A stretch of 64,000 bases of DNA, taken from positions 5,575,294 through 5,639,293 of the forward strand of contig NC_069007.1 in assembly GCF_001194135.2 (NCBI RefSeq), written 5' to 3'. This document shows positions 13,040-24,320 of the stretch, piece by piece. A program made the position numbers and the translations under genes. The stretch's first letter is position 1. Every line of letters starts with the position of its first letter. Origin of the DNA: Octopus bimaculoides (taxonomy: Eukaryota). A model generated the notes under the pieces. The model was not told the origin of the DNA. It saw only the letters and a list, made by a program, of their open reading frames with translations, and ran no database searches.

Positions 13040-13330
13040 TTGGGTAAAATCCACTGGAAACGGCCACTGATTCTACAATAAAATTTTTTTTTTTTTAAGT
13101 TCTCTAAATTCAAATCTTCCATGAAAATGTCATGCTAATTTATATCCCAAACACCAGCTTAATAATGACAAAGTTGTTTTACAAAATTCTTCATAATTTT
13201 GAAAAACTGATTATAATAAAGGCAATGTATTTAAATAGAAGCATGATAACAAAAGGGTTAAGCCTTTTCATGCCTAAGACTACCTTGGTTCTGTGATACA
13301 AACTCCTTGTTTTAAAGTGACTTAAAAAAT
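13040..13330 (+). mobile_element. TTAA-bounded MITE unit plus start of next unit
   Basis: Same unit as at 11755; junction aaaagggTTAAgcctttt with TTAA at 13258-13261. Confidence 0.55.
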
Positions 13331-13933
13331 CTTCATTCTAGTTATTTAATTTGCTAAAAATACCAACCAAATCTCTATATAAACACACTCTGCATTATTC
13401 ATTTAAAAAGGAAAAACATTGATTACTGTTTTGCTATGGTGATGGTCTCATCTGGAATGTGTTTCATGATAGATTTGTTCAAGGAAGTCTGACCAATGGT
13501 TAAACGACGACAACGACAACGACAGCGACAACAACAACAACGGTAAGAATAAATATCAGTTCTTCAATGATGCCAAAGCACTGATATGATATATTTATTT
13601 TTTTGATCTTCTAAGTATCAAACTTTCAAATATCCTATACTCCAAGACAGTCTTATCACAAAATTCTCTTGTTACCATTTTTGTATTTTCCTTTGTTATC
13701 TATGATTTTGTCTCTATTGATAAACGTATCTATTTTTAAAATAAAGATAGCAATGAAAGTCTCTAAATATCACGGTGTACAGAAGAATATTCTGCCTCAA
13801 ACTAGTTTTGGTAAATAAATTATTTCGAAGGTTTGTGTTTTCTTTTAGTGTTTTTGTTTCTCCCAGTTTTGGTCGTTCCGCTAGTGTGTGACAAAATAAC
13901 TTGGTTCATTTTGCAATATATTCTATGAAAAGT

Positions 13934-13988
<55 letters not shown>

Positions 13989-14000
13989 CATGTATGTATG

Positions 14001-14052
<52 letters not shown>

Positions 14053-14081
14053 CATGTATGCATATATATGTATGTATATTG

Positions 14082-14600
14082 GACACTAAACTCAGCTTGC
14101 GAAGACCTGTTGAGGCAAGTGAAAGCGAAATCGTGATGGCACCTGTACCAGTGGAGCGCTAACAGCACTGTCCGAGCGTGATCATTGCCAGAGCAACTGT
14201 CTGGCTTCCGTGCCAGTGACACGTAAATAACACCATTTGAGTGTAATCGTTACCAGCGTCGCCTTCCTGGCACTTGTGCTGGTGACACGTGAAAAGACAT
14301 TCGAGCGAGATCGTTGCCAGTGCCAATGGACTGGCTCCTGTGCAGGTGGCACATAAAATACACCATTTTGAGCGTGGCCGTTGCCAGTACCGCCTGACTG
14401 GCCTTCATGCCGGTGGTACGTAAAAGCACCCACTACACACTCAGAGTGGTTGGCATTATTAAGGGCATCCAGCTGTAGAATCTCTGCCAAATCAGATTGG
14501 AGCCTGGTGTAGCCATCTGGATTACCAGTCCTCAGTCAAACCGTCCAACCCATGCTAGCATGGAAAACGGACGTTAAACGATGATGATGATGATGATGAT
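14082..14600 (+). mobile_element. RTE LINE 3'UTR/tail element (family C) with internal ~65-bp tandem array
   Basis: About 4.5 degenerate units (gtgccagtgacacgtaaa...caccatttgagtg..tcgttaccag...ctggc), then gagtggttggc...ggcatccagctgtagaa...aacccatgctagcatggaaaacggacgttaaac(gat)n. Confidence 0.9.
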
Positions 14601-14609
14601 ATATATGTA

Positions 14610-14809
14610 CAGGGTGGTGCAAAAATAGGTGTACAATTATGAAAAAAGAAAACTTGTACAATACTCATCTATTTTTGTCAAAAATATTAGAAGTTATGAT
14701 AAAAGTACTATTAAGATTAATGACACCGAAAATATCAAAAATAAGGCTAACTTATGATTTTTGGATAAACATAAATGAATATTGTATCTGCTTTCTTTTT
14801 TCATAACTG
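14610..14809. mobile_element. Tc1/mariner-type MITE, right end in gap
   Basis: TA+CAGGGTGG start; caattatgaaaaaagaaa (14634-14651) is inverted at tttcttttttcataactg (14792-14809) just before the N run. Confidence 0.6.
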
Positions 14810-15558
14810 NNNNNNNNNNNNNNNNNNNNNNNNNNNNNNNNNNNNNNNNNNNNNNNNNNNNNNNNNNNNNNNNNNNNNNNNNNNNNNNNNNNNNNNNNNN
14901 NNNNNNNNNNNNNNNNNNNNNNNNNNNNNNNNNNNNNNNNNNNNNNNNNNNNNNNNNNNNNNNNNNNNNNNNNNNNNNNNNNNNNNNNNNNNNNNNNNNN
15001 NNNNNNNNNNNNNNNNNNNNNNNNNNNNNNNNNNNNNNNNNNNNNNNNNNNNNNNNNNNNNNNNNNNNNNNNNNNNNNNNNNNNNNNNNNNNNNNNNNNN
15101 NNNNNNNNNNNNNNNNNNNNNNNNNNNNNNNNNNNNNNNNNNNNNNNNNNNNNNNNNNNNNNNNNNNNNNNNNNNNNNNNNNNNNNNNNNNNNNNNNNNN
15201 NNNNNNNNNNNNNNNNNNNNNNNNNNNNNNNNNNNNNNNNNNNNNNNNNNNNNNNNNNNNNNNNNNNNNNNNNNNNNNNNNNNNNNNNNNNNNNNNNNNN
15301 NNNNNNNNNNNNNNNNNNNNNNNNNNNNNNNNNNNNNNNNNNNNNNNNNNNNNNNNNNNNNNNNNNNNNNNNNNNNNNNNNNNNNNNNNNNNNNNNNNNN
15401 NNNNNNNNNNNNNNNNNNNNNNNNNNNNNNNNNNNNNNNNNNNNNNNNNNNNNNNNNNNNNNNNNNNNNNNNNNNNNNNNNNNNNNNNNNNNNNNNNNNN
15501 NNNNNGTAATAAATCGATATTAATTAATATCTGATTTTTTACCCTATGTTTTAATTAA

Positions 15559-15595
<37 letters not shown>

Positions 15596-16892
15596 TAAAA
15601 TGGCTATTTCTGTCACTCTGTGGTATTCTAATCTCTCACCTGGCTCTCAGCCACTTTCCTTGGTTCCATTCCCTCTCTCAGCTACAAGCCTTTGCTTGTA
15701 TATTACTTCAAGTTCCTACTTATGCTTGTGCCATGTAAAAATCTTCCCAGTACACTCTGTAAAGTGGGGTTGGCATTAGAGAAGGGCATCCAACCACAGA
15801 AGTCATGTCTTAACAGACAATTGGACCCTTGTGCAGCTCTCTGGCTTGTCAAACTGCCCATCCCATGCCAGCATGGAAAACGAACATTAAATGCTGATGA
15901 TAATGATGATGATGCTGATGTGCATGTGCTCGTGTTTGTGTGTGTATAATTAAATATATGTATGCAGATGTGAGAGTGTTTGTGTGAGTGTATGTACCTT
16001 TGTTTTGATTTTATATGATGGTCGTAAACGAGTGCCACCATCATACAAGTGCTGTCCTTCATTTCCAATCTGTCATGAAAACATGTCTGGCCATGGGAGA
16101 TAATACTACCTTATTTTGAAAACAAGTGAGGGTTGGCAACAGGAAGAGCATCCGGTCCTGGAAAATATACCTCCATGAATTCCATCTGTGCTATGCAAGC
16201 ATGGAAATGTGTACATTAAACCAATGGTGATGACAATGTGTATGTCATCATCATTCTCATTATTATTTAATGTCAGCTTTAAATATAAAATTTGGGGGGA
16301 ATCCATGGATGCAATATAGTAAATTGGGGTCCATGGTAATCTTTCTTGGGCCATGAAAAAATTGTTCTTCAGAGCAGTAAAGTTTATGTGCAATAAACAT
16401 CAAATGGCTATGGGTGTTCACACATGTAAAAGAGGAATCAAAGGGGTCTATAGGTTGAGGACCCCTGCAATGGATGGTTTGGCAGAAGACTGCCACTAGG
16501 CTTCACTGTCTGTTTTGGAAAGGTTTTTTTTTATGGCTGGACACCCTTCCTAACACCAAGTGCCTTACAGAATGGATTGAGTGCTTTTTATGAGGCACCA
16601 GTACCAGTGAGGTGTGTTTTGGCAAGGGCTTTTTACAGCTGGATGCCCTTCCAAATACCAACCCCTTTACAGTGTGGTCTGGATGCTTTTTATGTAACAC
16701 CATCACTGTTGGGGGGTCAGCGACGAAGTTGCAAGACAAAGATCCTTTGAGTAGGGGGATCTTTGGAGAAGGTGGCTTTGTGTCAGGTGATGAGAGGTTA
16801 AAGCATAACAGAGGAACAGAAACAGGTGTCTTGCTGTCAAGGAGATAAATGGTTAACCAATCCATATATATATATATATATATACATACATA

Positions 16893-16940
<48 letters not shown>

Positions 16941-17497
16941 GGGTATATTTTTCAAAAAGTATAGTTAAATATGACTAAATTAGTTCTGTTTTTCTGATCT
17001 AAAGAGAATAGATTTATCAGTAATGTCTCTATAATTTATAGCACTAAAATACATCTACATAAGTCTTTTTTATCTTATTCTTTATTCTTTACGAGATTAC
17101 TAATCAATATTATGCTATTGTGTTGATATTCTATTCCAATAAAAGATGAAATAAGAAATGAGAACACAAGAGATTCAGGTGTGACTGAGTGGTAAGGAGC
17201 TTGCTTCTGAACCACATGGTTCTTAGTCTCACTGCATGGAACCTTGGAAAAGTGTCTTCCATGATAGCCTTGGACTGACCAAAGCCTTACAAGTGAATTT
17301 GGTAGACCTCATTGTTGAGAAGGAAACTTCTTAACCATTCAGCTGTACAGTACCAACACGTAAGTATTATGGATCAATTGACGGCTACAGAAAATAAAAT
17401 TTGCCCACAGTGCCATATAGTAGAATTGAACCTAGGAACTTGTTGTAATGAAGTGAGCTTGATAACCATTCAGCTATACCTCACCTACATGCAAATA

Positions 17498-17880
17498 TTC
17501 TTTTATTCTGATTGTTTTAGTTATTTGACTGCAGCCATGCCTTGGAGAATTTTTAGATAAAGGAATCAAAGTACTTAATTTTTGTTAAGCCTGGTATTTA
17601 TTCTATCAGTCTCTTTAGCTGAACTGCTAAGTTATGGGGACATAAACACACTGATACCAGTTGCCAGGCTGTGCTGGGAGACAGACAGGCAGACACATAC
17701 ACACATGCGTGCGCAGATATATATGATGGGCTTCTGTCAGTTTCTGTCTACCAAATCCACTCACAAGGTTTTGGTCAGTTCAAGGATATAGCTGAAGACA
17801 CTTGTCCAAGGTGTCATGCAGTGGCACTGAACCCAGAACGATGTTTTGGGGAAGCAAACCTTTTACCACACAGCCATGTC
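17498..17880 (-). mobile_element. SINE family A, diverged
   Basis: Tail, body and head of family A in reverse orientation; head-to-head with the next copy. Confidence 0.85.
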
Positions 17881-17896
17881 TACAAATATACAGCGC

Positions 17897-18294
17897 AGGA
17901 GTGGCTGTGTGGTAAGTAGCTTGCTTACCAACCACGTGGTCTGGGTTCAGTCCCACTGCATGGCAACTTAGGCAAGTGTCTTCTACTGCAGCCTTGGGCC
18001 AACCAAAGCCTTGTGAGTGGATTTGGTAGACGGAAACTAAAAGAAGCCCATTGTATATATGTATATGTATATATGCGTGTGTTTGTGTGTCTGTGTTTGT
18101 CCCCCCAACATCGCTTGACAACCGATGCTGGTGTGTTTACGTCCTAGTAACTTAGCGGTTCGATAAAAAAAAAGACCGATAGAATAAGTACTAGGCTTAC
18201 AAAGAATAAGTCCTGGGGTCGATATGCTCGACTAAAGGCGGTGCTCCAGCATGGCCACAGTCAAAAGACTGAAACAAGTAAAAGAGTAAAAGAG
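17897..18294 (+). mobile_element. SINE family A, full length, young
   Basis: aggagtggctgtgtggtaagtagc...gggttcagtccc (B box)...ttaggcaagtgtcttc (CORE-like)...internal (TA/TG)n...ggcggtgctccagcatggccacagtc...(gtaaaaga)2. Confidence 0.95.
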
Positions 18295-19209
18295 TATATA
18301 TATACACCTACTTATACATATATATTTGAAAAGTATTCTTGTCATGCCGCATTGGTGTATCTCAAGCAATACAGTTTAACTGCAGAGACGGTGACTTCAC
18401 AGTTAAACTTGGTTTATTATGGCGGGGTGTGAGAAGCCGATATTAACAAAACGAGAACATATCTCGTTGTTTAGCTAACATTGGCTACTTACTCTACAAC
18501 AAATGTTATAAACTGCATAAAACTGCAAGAAATACTGCAGTACCTACTTCGTGAACAATATAAATATATACGAGCTAAGAAGAGAAAAGAAAAGAAAGGA
18601 AAAATCTACTCGACAAAAACAAAATAAAACCTAACGAACCCTGATTGTGAAATTACGAGGAGTTTATCTTTAAGTAAGATTCTGGACAGTGAGAACTTGG
18701 TTTAGTTTAGTTGTGTATGTCTTGTTCTCTAATCTTTAAAATGTTGAATTAACCATGGCAAATAGCCAAGGAGTTGTCATGGTTTTCGCACTTTGCATTG
18801 CTACCACCATCAGCATTATCATGGCGTTTGTATTGATTTAGTATCTTCTCCCTCTTTCTGCTTCGCTCTTCTTCGCTTATGATACAAGCAAAGTAGAAGC
18901 ATTTAACAAAAGACTGTGGCGTGTGCATAACTGATAAATCTGAATCAGTAATACAATTATGAGCAATAGGTGCAGGTGTGGTTGTGTGGGTTAATGGGTT
19001 AAGAAATATTGCTTTGCCATTCTCATGGGTTTTGGGTTCAGTCCCATTGTGTGGTACCAATGACAAATATGTCTTCTTTTTTTTTTTACTAAAGCCACTA
19101 GGGATGAAAAACTTTTCAGTAGATTTGGTAGGCAGAAACTGAATGGAACTTGTTTTATCCATCCATACATACATATACATGCATTACATATAAATACATG
19201 CATGGGCAT

Positions 19210-19256
<47 letters not shown>

Positions 19257-19344
19257 CACATAAATGTATAAAATATATGTTGCTAGACAGAAGATATAAA
19301 TACATAAATTATACGCGCACACACACACACACATATTATCATAA

Positions 19345-19690
19345 TCATCATCATCAACATTTAATGTCTGCTTTCTATGCTGGCATGGGTTACACTGTTT
19401 TACCGGAACTGGTAAGCTGGAGAGCTGCACCAGGCTCCAATCTGATTTGGCAGAGTTTCTACAGCTGGATGCCCTTCCTAATGCCAACCACTCCGAGAGT
19501 GTAGTGGGTGCTTTTACATGCCACCGGCACGAAGGCCAGTCAGGCGGTACTGGCAACGGCCATGCTCAAAATGGTGTATTCTATGTGTCACCTGCATGGG
19601 ACTCAGTCGAGCGGTACTGGCAATGACCTCGCTCAAATGTCTTTTCAAATGCCACCGGCACAAGTACCAGGAAGGCGATGCTGGTAATGA
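19345..19690 (-). mobile_element. Family C (RTE tail) copy, ~3 internal units, 5'-truncated
   Basis: (cat)n tail on left, ctccaatctgatttggcagagtttctacagctggatgccc, then gtgccaccggcac-type units. Confidence 0.88.
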
Positions 19691-19706
19691 TCTTATTATT
19701 ATTATT

Positions 19707-19895
19707 GAGTGAGAGAGCAGTGCATGGCATCAAAGTGACACTGAGGTACAAATATATGAAATCCAGTATACCCATCTTAACTACCTGTCTGATAAGGGTA
19801 CACCAGGCACATGCATCACAACCATATGTGCGCGACATGGTAATTTCATATCAAGATAAACAGCACACGACCTTGCAGGTGGGGCCCAGTTAGAA
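19707..19895 (-). mobile_element. Family G unclassified (AAT)n-tailed retroposon, truncated
   Basis: Matches the tail-proximal ~190 bp of the copies at 21155 and 26706. Confidence 0.85.
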
Positions 19896-20117
19896 ATCAT
19901 TGGTGTATCAGACAGAATGCTTAGGTAGCATTTCATTTAGCTCTTTCCACCCTGATTTCAAATTAAGCTAAGGTCAATTTTACCATTCATCAATCCAGGG
20001 TGTATAAGACCCAAAACCAGTTCGGCACTGAGATTGATGTAATCAACCTCTCACCTCTTCAAAATTGTTGGCCTAGCCTCATACTAAAATGAGGGAGGAT
20101 TATTATTATTATTATTA

Positions 20118-20167
<50 letters not shown>

Positions 20168-20168
<1 letters not shown>

Positions 20169-20550
20169 GGAGTGGCTGTGTGGTAAGTAGCTTGCTTACC
20201 GACCACATGGTTCCGGGTTCAGTCCCACTGTGTAGCACCTTGGGCAAGTGTCTTCTACTATAGCCTCAGGCCGACCAAAGCCTTGTGAGTGGATTTGTTA
20301 GACAGAAACGGAAAGAAGCCCGTCGTATATATGTATATATATGTGTGTTTGTGTGTCTGTGTTTGTCCTCCCCACATTGTTTGACAACCGATGCTTGTGT
20401 GTTTACGTCCCCGTAACTTAGCGGTTCGGCAAAAGAGACCAATAGAATAAGTACTAGGCTTACAAAGAATAAGTCCTGGGGTCGATTTGCTCGACTAAAG
20501 GTGGTGCTCCAGCATGACCACAGTCACATGACTGAAACAAGTAAAAGAGA
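20168..20550 (+). mobile_element. SINE family A, full length, young
   Basis: Same sequence as 17897-18294; begins directly after an (ATT)n array. Confidence 0.95.
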
Positions 20551-21142
20551 AATTGTAACTGCGAAGGACATGTGTAGACTTGAAAGAAATGAAGCTAGCA
20601 TGCTTTGTTGGATGGGCAAAGTCAGTGTGTATGTATGACAGAGAGTAAGGATCCTAGTTGGGCATAAGAGGCATCAGATGTGGTGTGCAAGAGAGCCAAC
20701 TGCACTGGTATGGTCATGTGATGTGTATGGGTGAGGGCAGTTGTGTAAAGAGGTGCTGATCTCTAACTGTGGAGAGAACTCGTGGAAGAGGTAGACCCAG
20801 GAAATCATTGCGATGAGGTGATAAAGCATAATCTTCAAATGTTGGGCCTCTTGGTGATCAAGACCTCTAGCAGTATGTCATGCTTCAGAAGACCCATGAA
20901 GCCAAGTGAAATTACAGTCATGGCAGATACTAGTGTCATCCAACTAGCATCTGTGCTAGTGGAACAAAAAAGCACTTATTATACTTTTGGAGTGGTCAGT
21001 ATTAGGAAAGGCATCCAGCAGTAGGAACCATGTCAAATCAGACTGGAGTTGGTGGAACCCCTCAGCTTGCCAGCCCTGGTTAGACCATTCAACCCATGCC
21101 AGCTTGGACAACAGATGTGAAAAGATGATGATGATGATGATG
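20551..21142 (+). pseudogene. RTE LINE 3' end: ORF C-terminus + 3'UTR + (GAT)n tail
   Basis: LERNEASMLCWMGKVSV...LGIRGIRCGVQESQLHWYGHVMCMGEGSCVKRC*SLTVERTRGRGRPRKS, followed by the family-C terminal sequence and (gat)n. Confidence 0.85.
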
Positions 21143-21154
21143 TTAATTATTATT

Positions 21155-21700
21155 GGGTAAGAGCGCAGTGCATGCCATCAAAGTGACACTAGGGTACACA
21201 TATACGAATCCCAATAGACCCATCATGACTACCCATCTGATAAGGGTACACCAGACACATGCATCACAACCATATGTGCGCGACATGACGATCTCATATC
21301 AAGATAAATAGCTCATGACCTTGCGGGTGGGACCCAGTTAGAATTTTCTTCAGGTCAAGTAGTCCATCCCGCTCAAAAGGTCCCTGAATAAGGTTTGTTT
21401 AAGGATGTTGAGCAAAACACCCATGTTTCCAAAGGGGAATTATTCAAACCCCAAAGAATTCCTNNNNNNNNNNAAAGGTCCCTGAATAAGGTTTGTTTAA
21501 GGATGTTGAGCAAAACACCCATGTTTCCAAAGGGGAATTATTCAAACCCCAAAGAATTCCTCTCAACACATGGCTATGATGCTCCCCCACCACTTTTGCT
21601 CATGATCAGAGACGCACATATCATTAGCACCAAGGGACATGCTCAACTGGTTAAGGTCAAACAACTGACAAGCAAATCTGTGATATTGTGCAGAATATTA
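21155..21700 (-). mobile_element. Family G copy, (ATT)n on both sides
   Basis: Colinear with 26706-27168; contains a duplication across the short gap at 21464-21473. Confidence 0.88.
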
Positions 21701-21703
21701 TTA

Positions 21704-21738
<35 letters not shown>

Positions 21739-22000
21739 GTTATTGTTGTTGTTATTATTATTATTACTGGTGATGATGATGATGTTACAAGCCCTGACAG
21801 ATGTCACAAATGATTTTGTTTTGCTATTCGTTTGTGCCAANNNNNNNNNNNNNNNNNNNNNNNNNNNNNNNNNNNNNNNNNNNNNNNNNNNNNNNNNNNN
21901 NNNNNNNNNNNNNNNNNNNNNNNNNNNNNNNNNNNNNNNNNNNNNNNNNNNNNNNNNNNNNNNNNNNNNNNNNNNNNNNNNNNNNNNNNNNNNNNNNNNN

Positions 22001-22060
<60 letters not shown>

Positions 22061-22164
22061 TGTGTGTGTGTATGTGTGTGTGTGTGTGTGAATATATACA
22101 GATATAGGTTTTGTATACGAAACAGTATGAATGGAGCAAAGTACTAGATATATATGTGTGTATA

Positions 22165-22204
<40 letters not shown>

Positions 22205-22272
22205 NNNNNNNNNNNNNNNNNNNNNNNNNNNNNNNNNNNNNNNNNNNNNNNNNNNNNNNNNNNNNNNNNNNN

Positions 22273-22317
<45 letters not shown>

Positions 22318-22904
22318 TTAAGTATTTGTGTGTATTATGTACATACACACACGCACATACACATTCATATACATGTACGCTCACACACACATGTATACAC
22401 ACACCCACATATGTATATACACACAGAAATATATATGCATATATAAATTTTTGTGTGCAGTGTATGTATATGGTGTGTGTGTGTGTGTGTGTGCGTGTGT
22501 ATGTGTGCATGTTGTTAATCTACATAAAAGTTTGAAAACACACAAGCCAAGAGAAAGCCACAAGGTATTAAAGGCATTAGCTAATCCATGCAGGAAAGCC
22601 GGCTCCACTTATCTGGATATGTCACATGAATAGTTGACGAGGGTTGGAGAAAAATGGGCTGTTGATGGGGGAAGGTACCAGTGTATGAGAAACAATATGA
22701 GAAAAAGTAATGAGGTCAGATCTCAGGATGTTGCGCTGCACAAATGAGCTGACAAAAGACTGAGAATAGAAGAGGAGCTGGCGTGCATGACTGATAGCTA
22801 GTATTTCTTTTAAAATAGAACAAGCTGACATGAATTTGAGAAGAGACGAGGAGTAATTATACTGTTCAGCAGACACTTTGTGCCAACATTATAACCATTC
22901 TTGT

Positions 22905-23291
22905 GGAGACACAATGGCCCAGTGGTTAGGGCAGCGGACTCGCGGTCATAGGATCGCGGTTTTGATTCCCAGACCGGGCATTGTGAGTGTTTATTGAGCG
23001 GAAACACCTAAAAGCTCCATGAGGCTCCGGCAGGGGATGGTGGCGAACCCTGCTGTACTCTTTCACCACAACTTTCTCTCACTCTTACTACCTGTTTCTG
23101 TTGTGCCTGTATTTCAAAGGGTCCGCCTTGTCACACTGTCACGCTGAATATCCCCCAAGAACTACGTTAAGGGTACACGTGTCTGTGGAGTGCTCAGCCA
23201 CTTGCACGTTAATTTCACGAGTAGGCTGTTCCGTTGATCGGATCAACTGGAACCCTTGACATCATAAGCGACGGAGTGCCAACAACAACAA
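22905..23291 (+). mobile_element. SINE family B, full length, 14-bp TSD (2 transitions)
   Basis: ataaccattcttgt (22891-22904) versus ataaccatccttat (23292-23305). Confidence 0.93.
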
Positions 23292-23704
23292 ATAACCATC
23301 CTTATTATCATCATCGTCACCATGACCTCCAGCACCATGACCACCAACATTGATAGTGTGGGAAGGTGAGGCTTGCATGCATGACCAATGGCTAGTGTTT
23401 CTTTAAAAACGAAAATGAGCAGACGCAAATTTGGAGAGAACTGCGATTATACTGAATGGTCGTCACTTTGTGCCATCATCATAATCATCATCAACATCAC
23501 TTACATGCACAAGCTTCTGTCAGTTTCCATCAAACAAAATCCACTGTTAAGGCTTTGGTCAGCCAGGGTCTATAGAAGAAGACACAAGCCCAAGGTGCCA
23601 TGCTATGGAACTGAACCTGAAACTGTGGGGTTTGTAAGCAAACTTCTTACCACACAGCTATGCCTGCATCTAAAGAAAATGCTATTAAGTAGTATACACA
23701 TCCA

Positions 23705-23741
<37 letters not shown>

Positions 23742-24289
23742 CAAACACATATCTTGTACTTGCTATGCACACACACACACACACACACGCCTTTAACTTT
23801 TTGCAGTCATTGGACATTGACCATGCTGGAGCACCACATTAAAGGGTATAGCCAAACAAATTAACCCCAGTACTTTTCTTTCACTCCAATGATTATTCTA
23901 TTGATCTCATTTGTTGAAATGCTAAGTTATATGGACATTAAAAAACCCAACAACAGTCATCAAGAGGTGGAGGAACACACATACATANNNNNNNNNNNNN
24001 NNNNNNNNNNNNNNNNNNNNNNNNNNNNNNNNNNNNNNNNNNNNNNNNNNNNNNNNNNNNNNNNNNNNNNNNNNNNNNNNNNNNNNNNNNNNNNNNNNNN
24101 NNNNNNNNNNNNNNNNNNNNNNNNNNNNNNNNNNNNNNNNNNNNNNNNNNNNNNNNNNNNNNNNNNNNNNNNNNNNNNNNNNNNNNNNNNNNNNNNNNNN
24201 NNNNNNNNNNNNNNNNNNNNNNNNNNNATATCATATACATAGACATGTATATATATCTTACACACACATGTATATATACATATTTGTAT

Positions 24290-24320
<31 letters not shown>

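Noticed and set aside
16453-16467. hAT/Charlie-like terminal motif ggttgaggacccctg (also ggttgagaatgactg at 62441-62455)
   Set aside because: No matching opposite terminus or 8-bp TSD found; too little to call an element.
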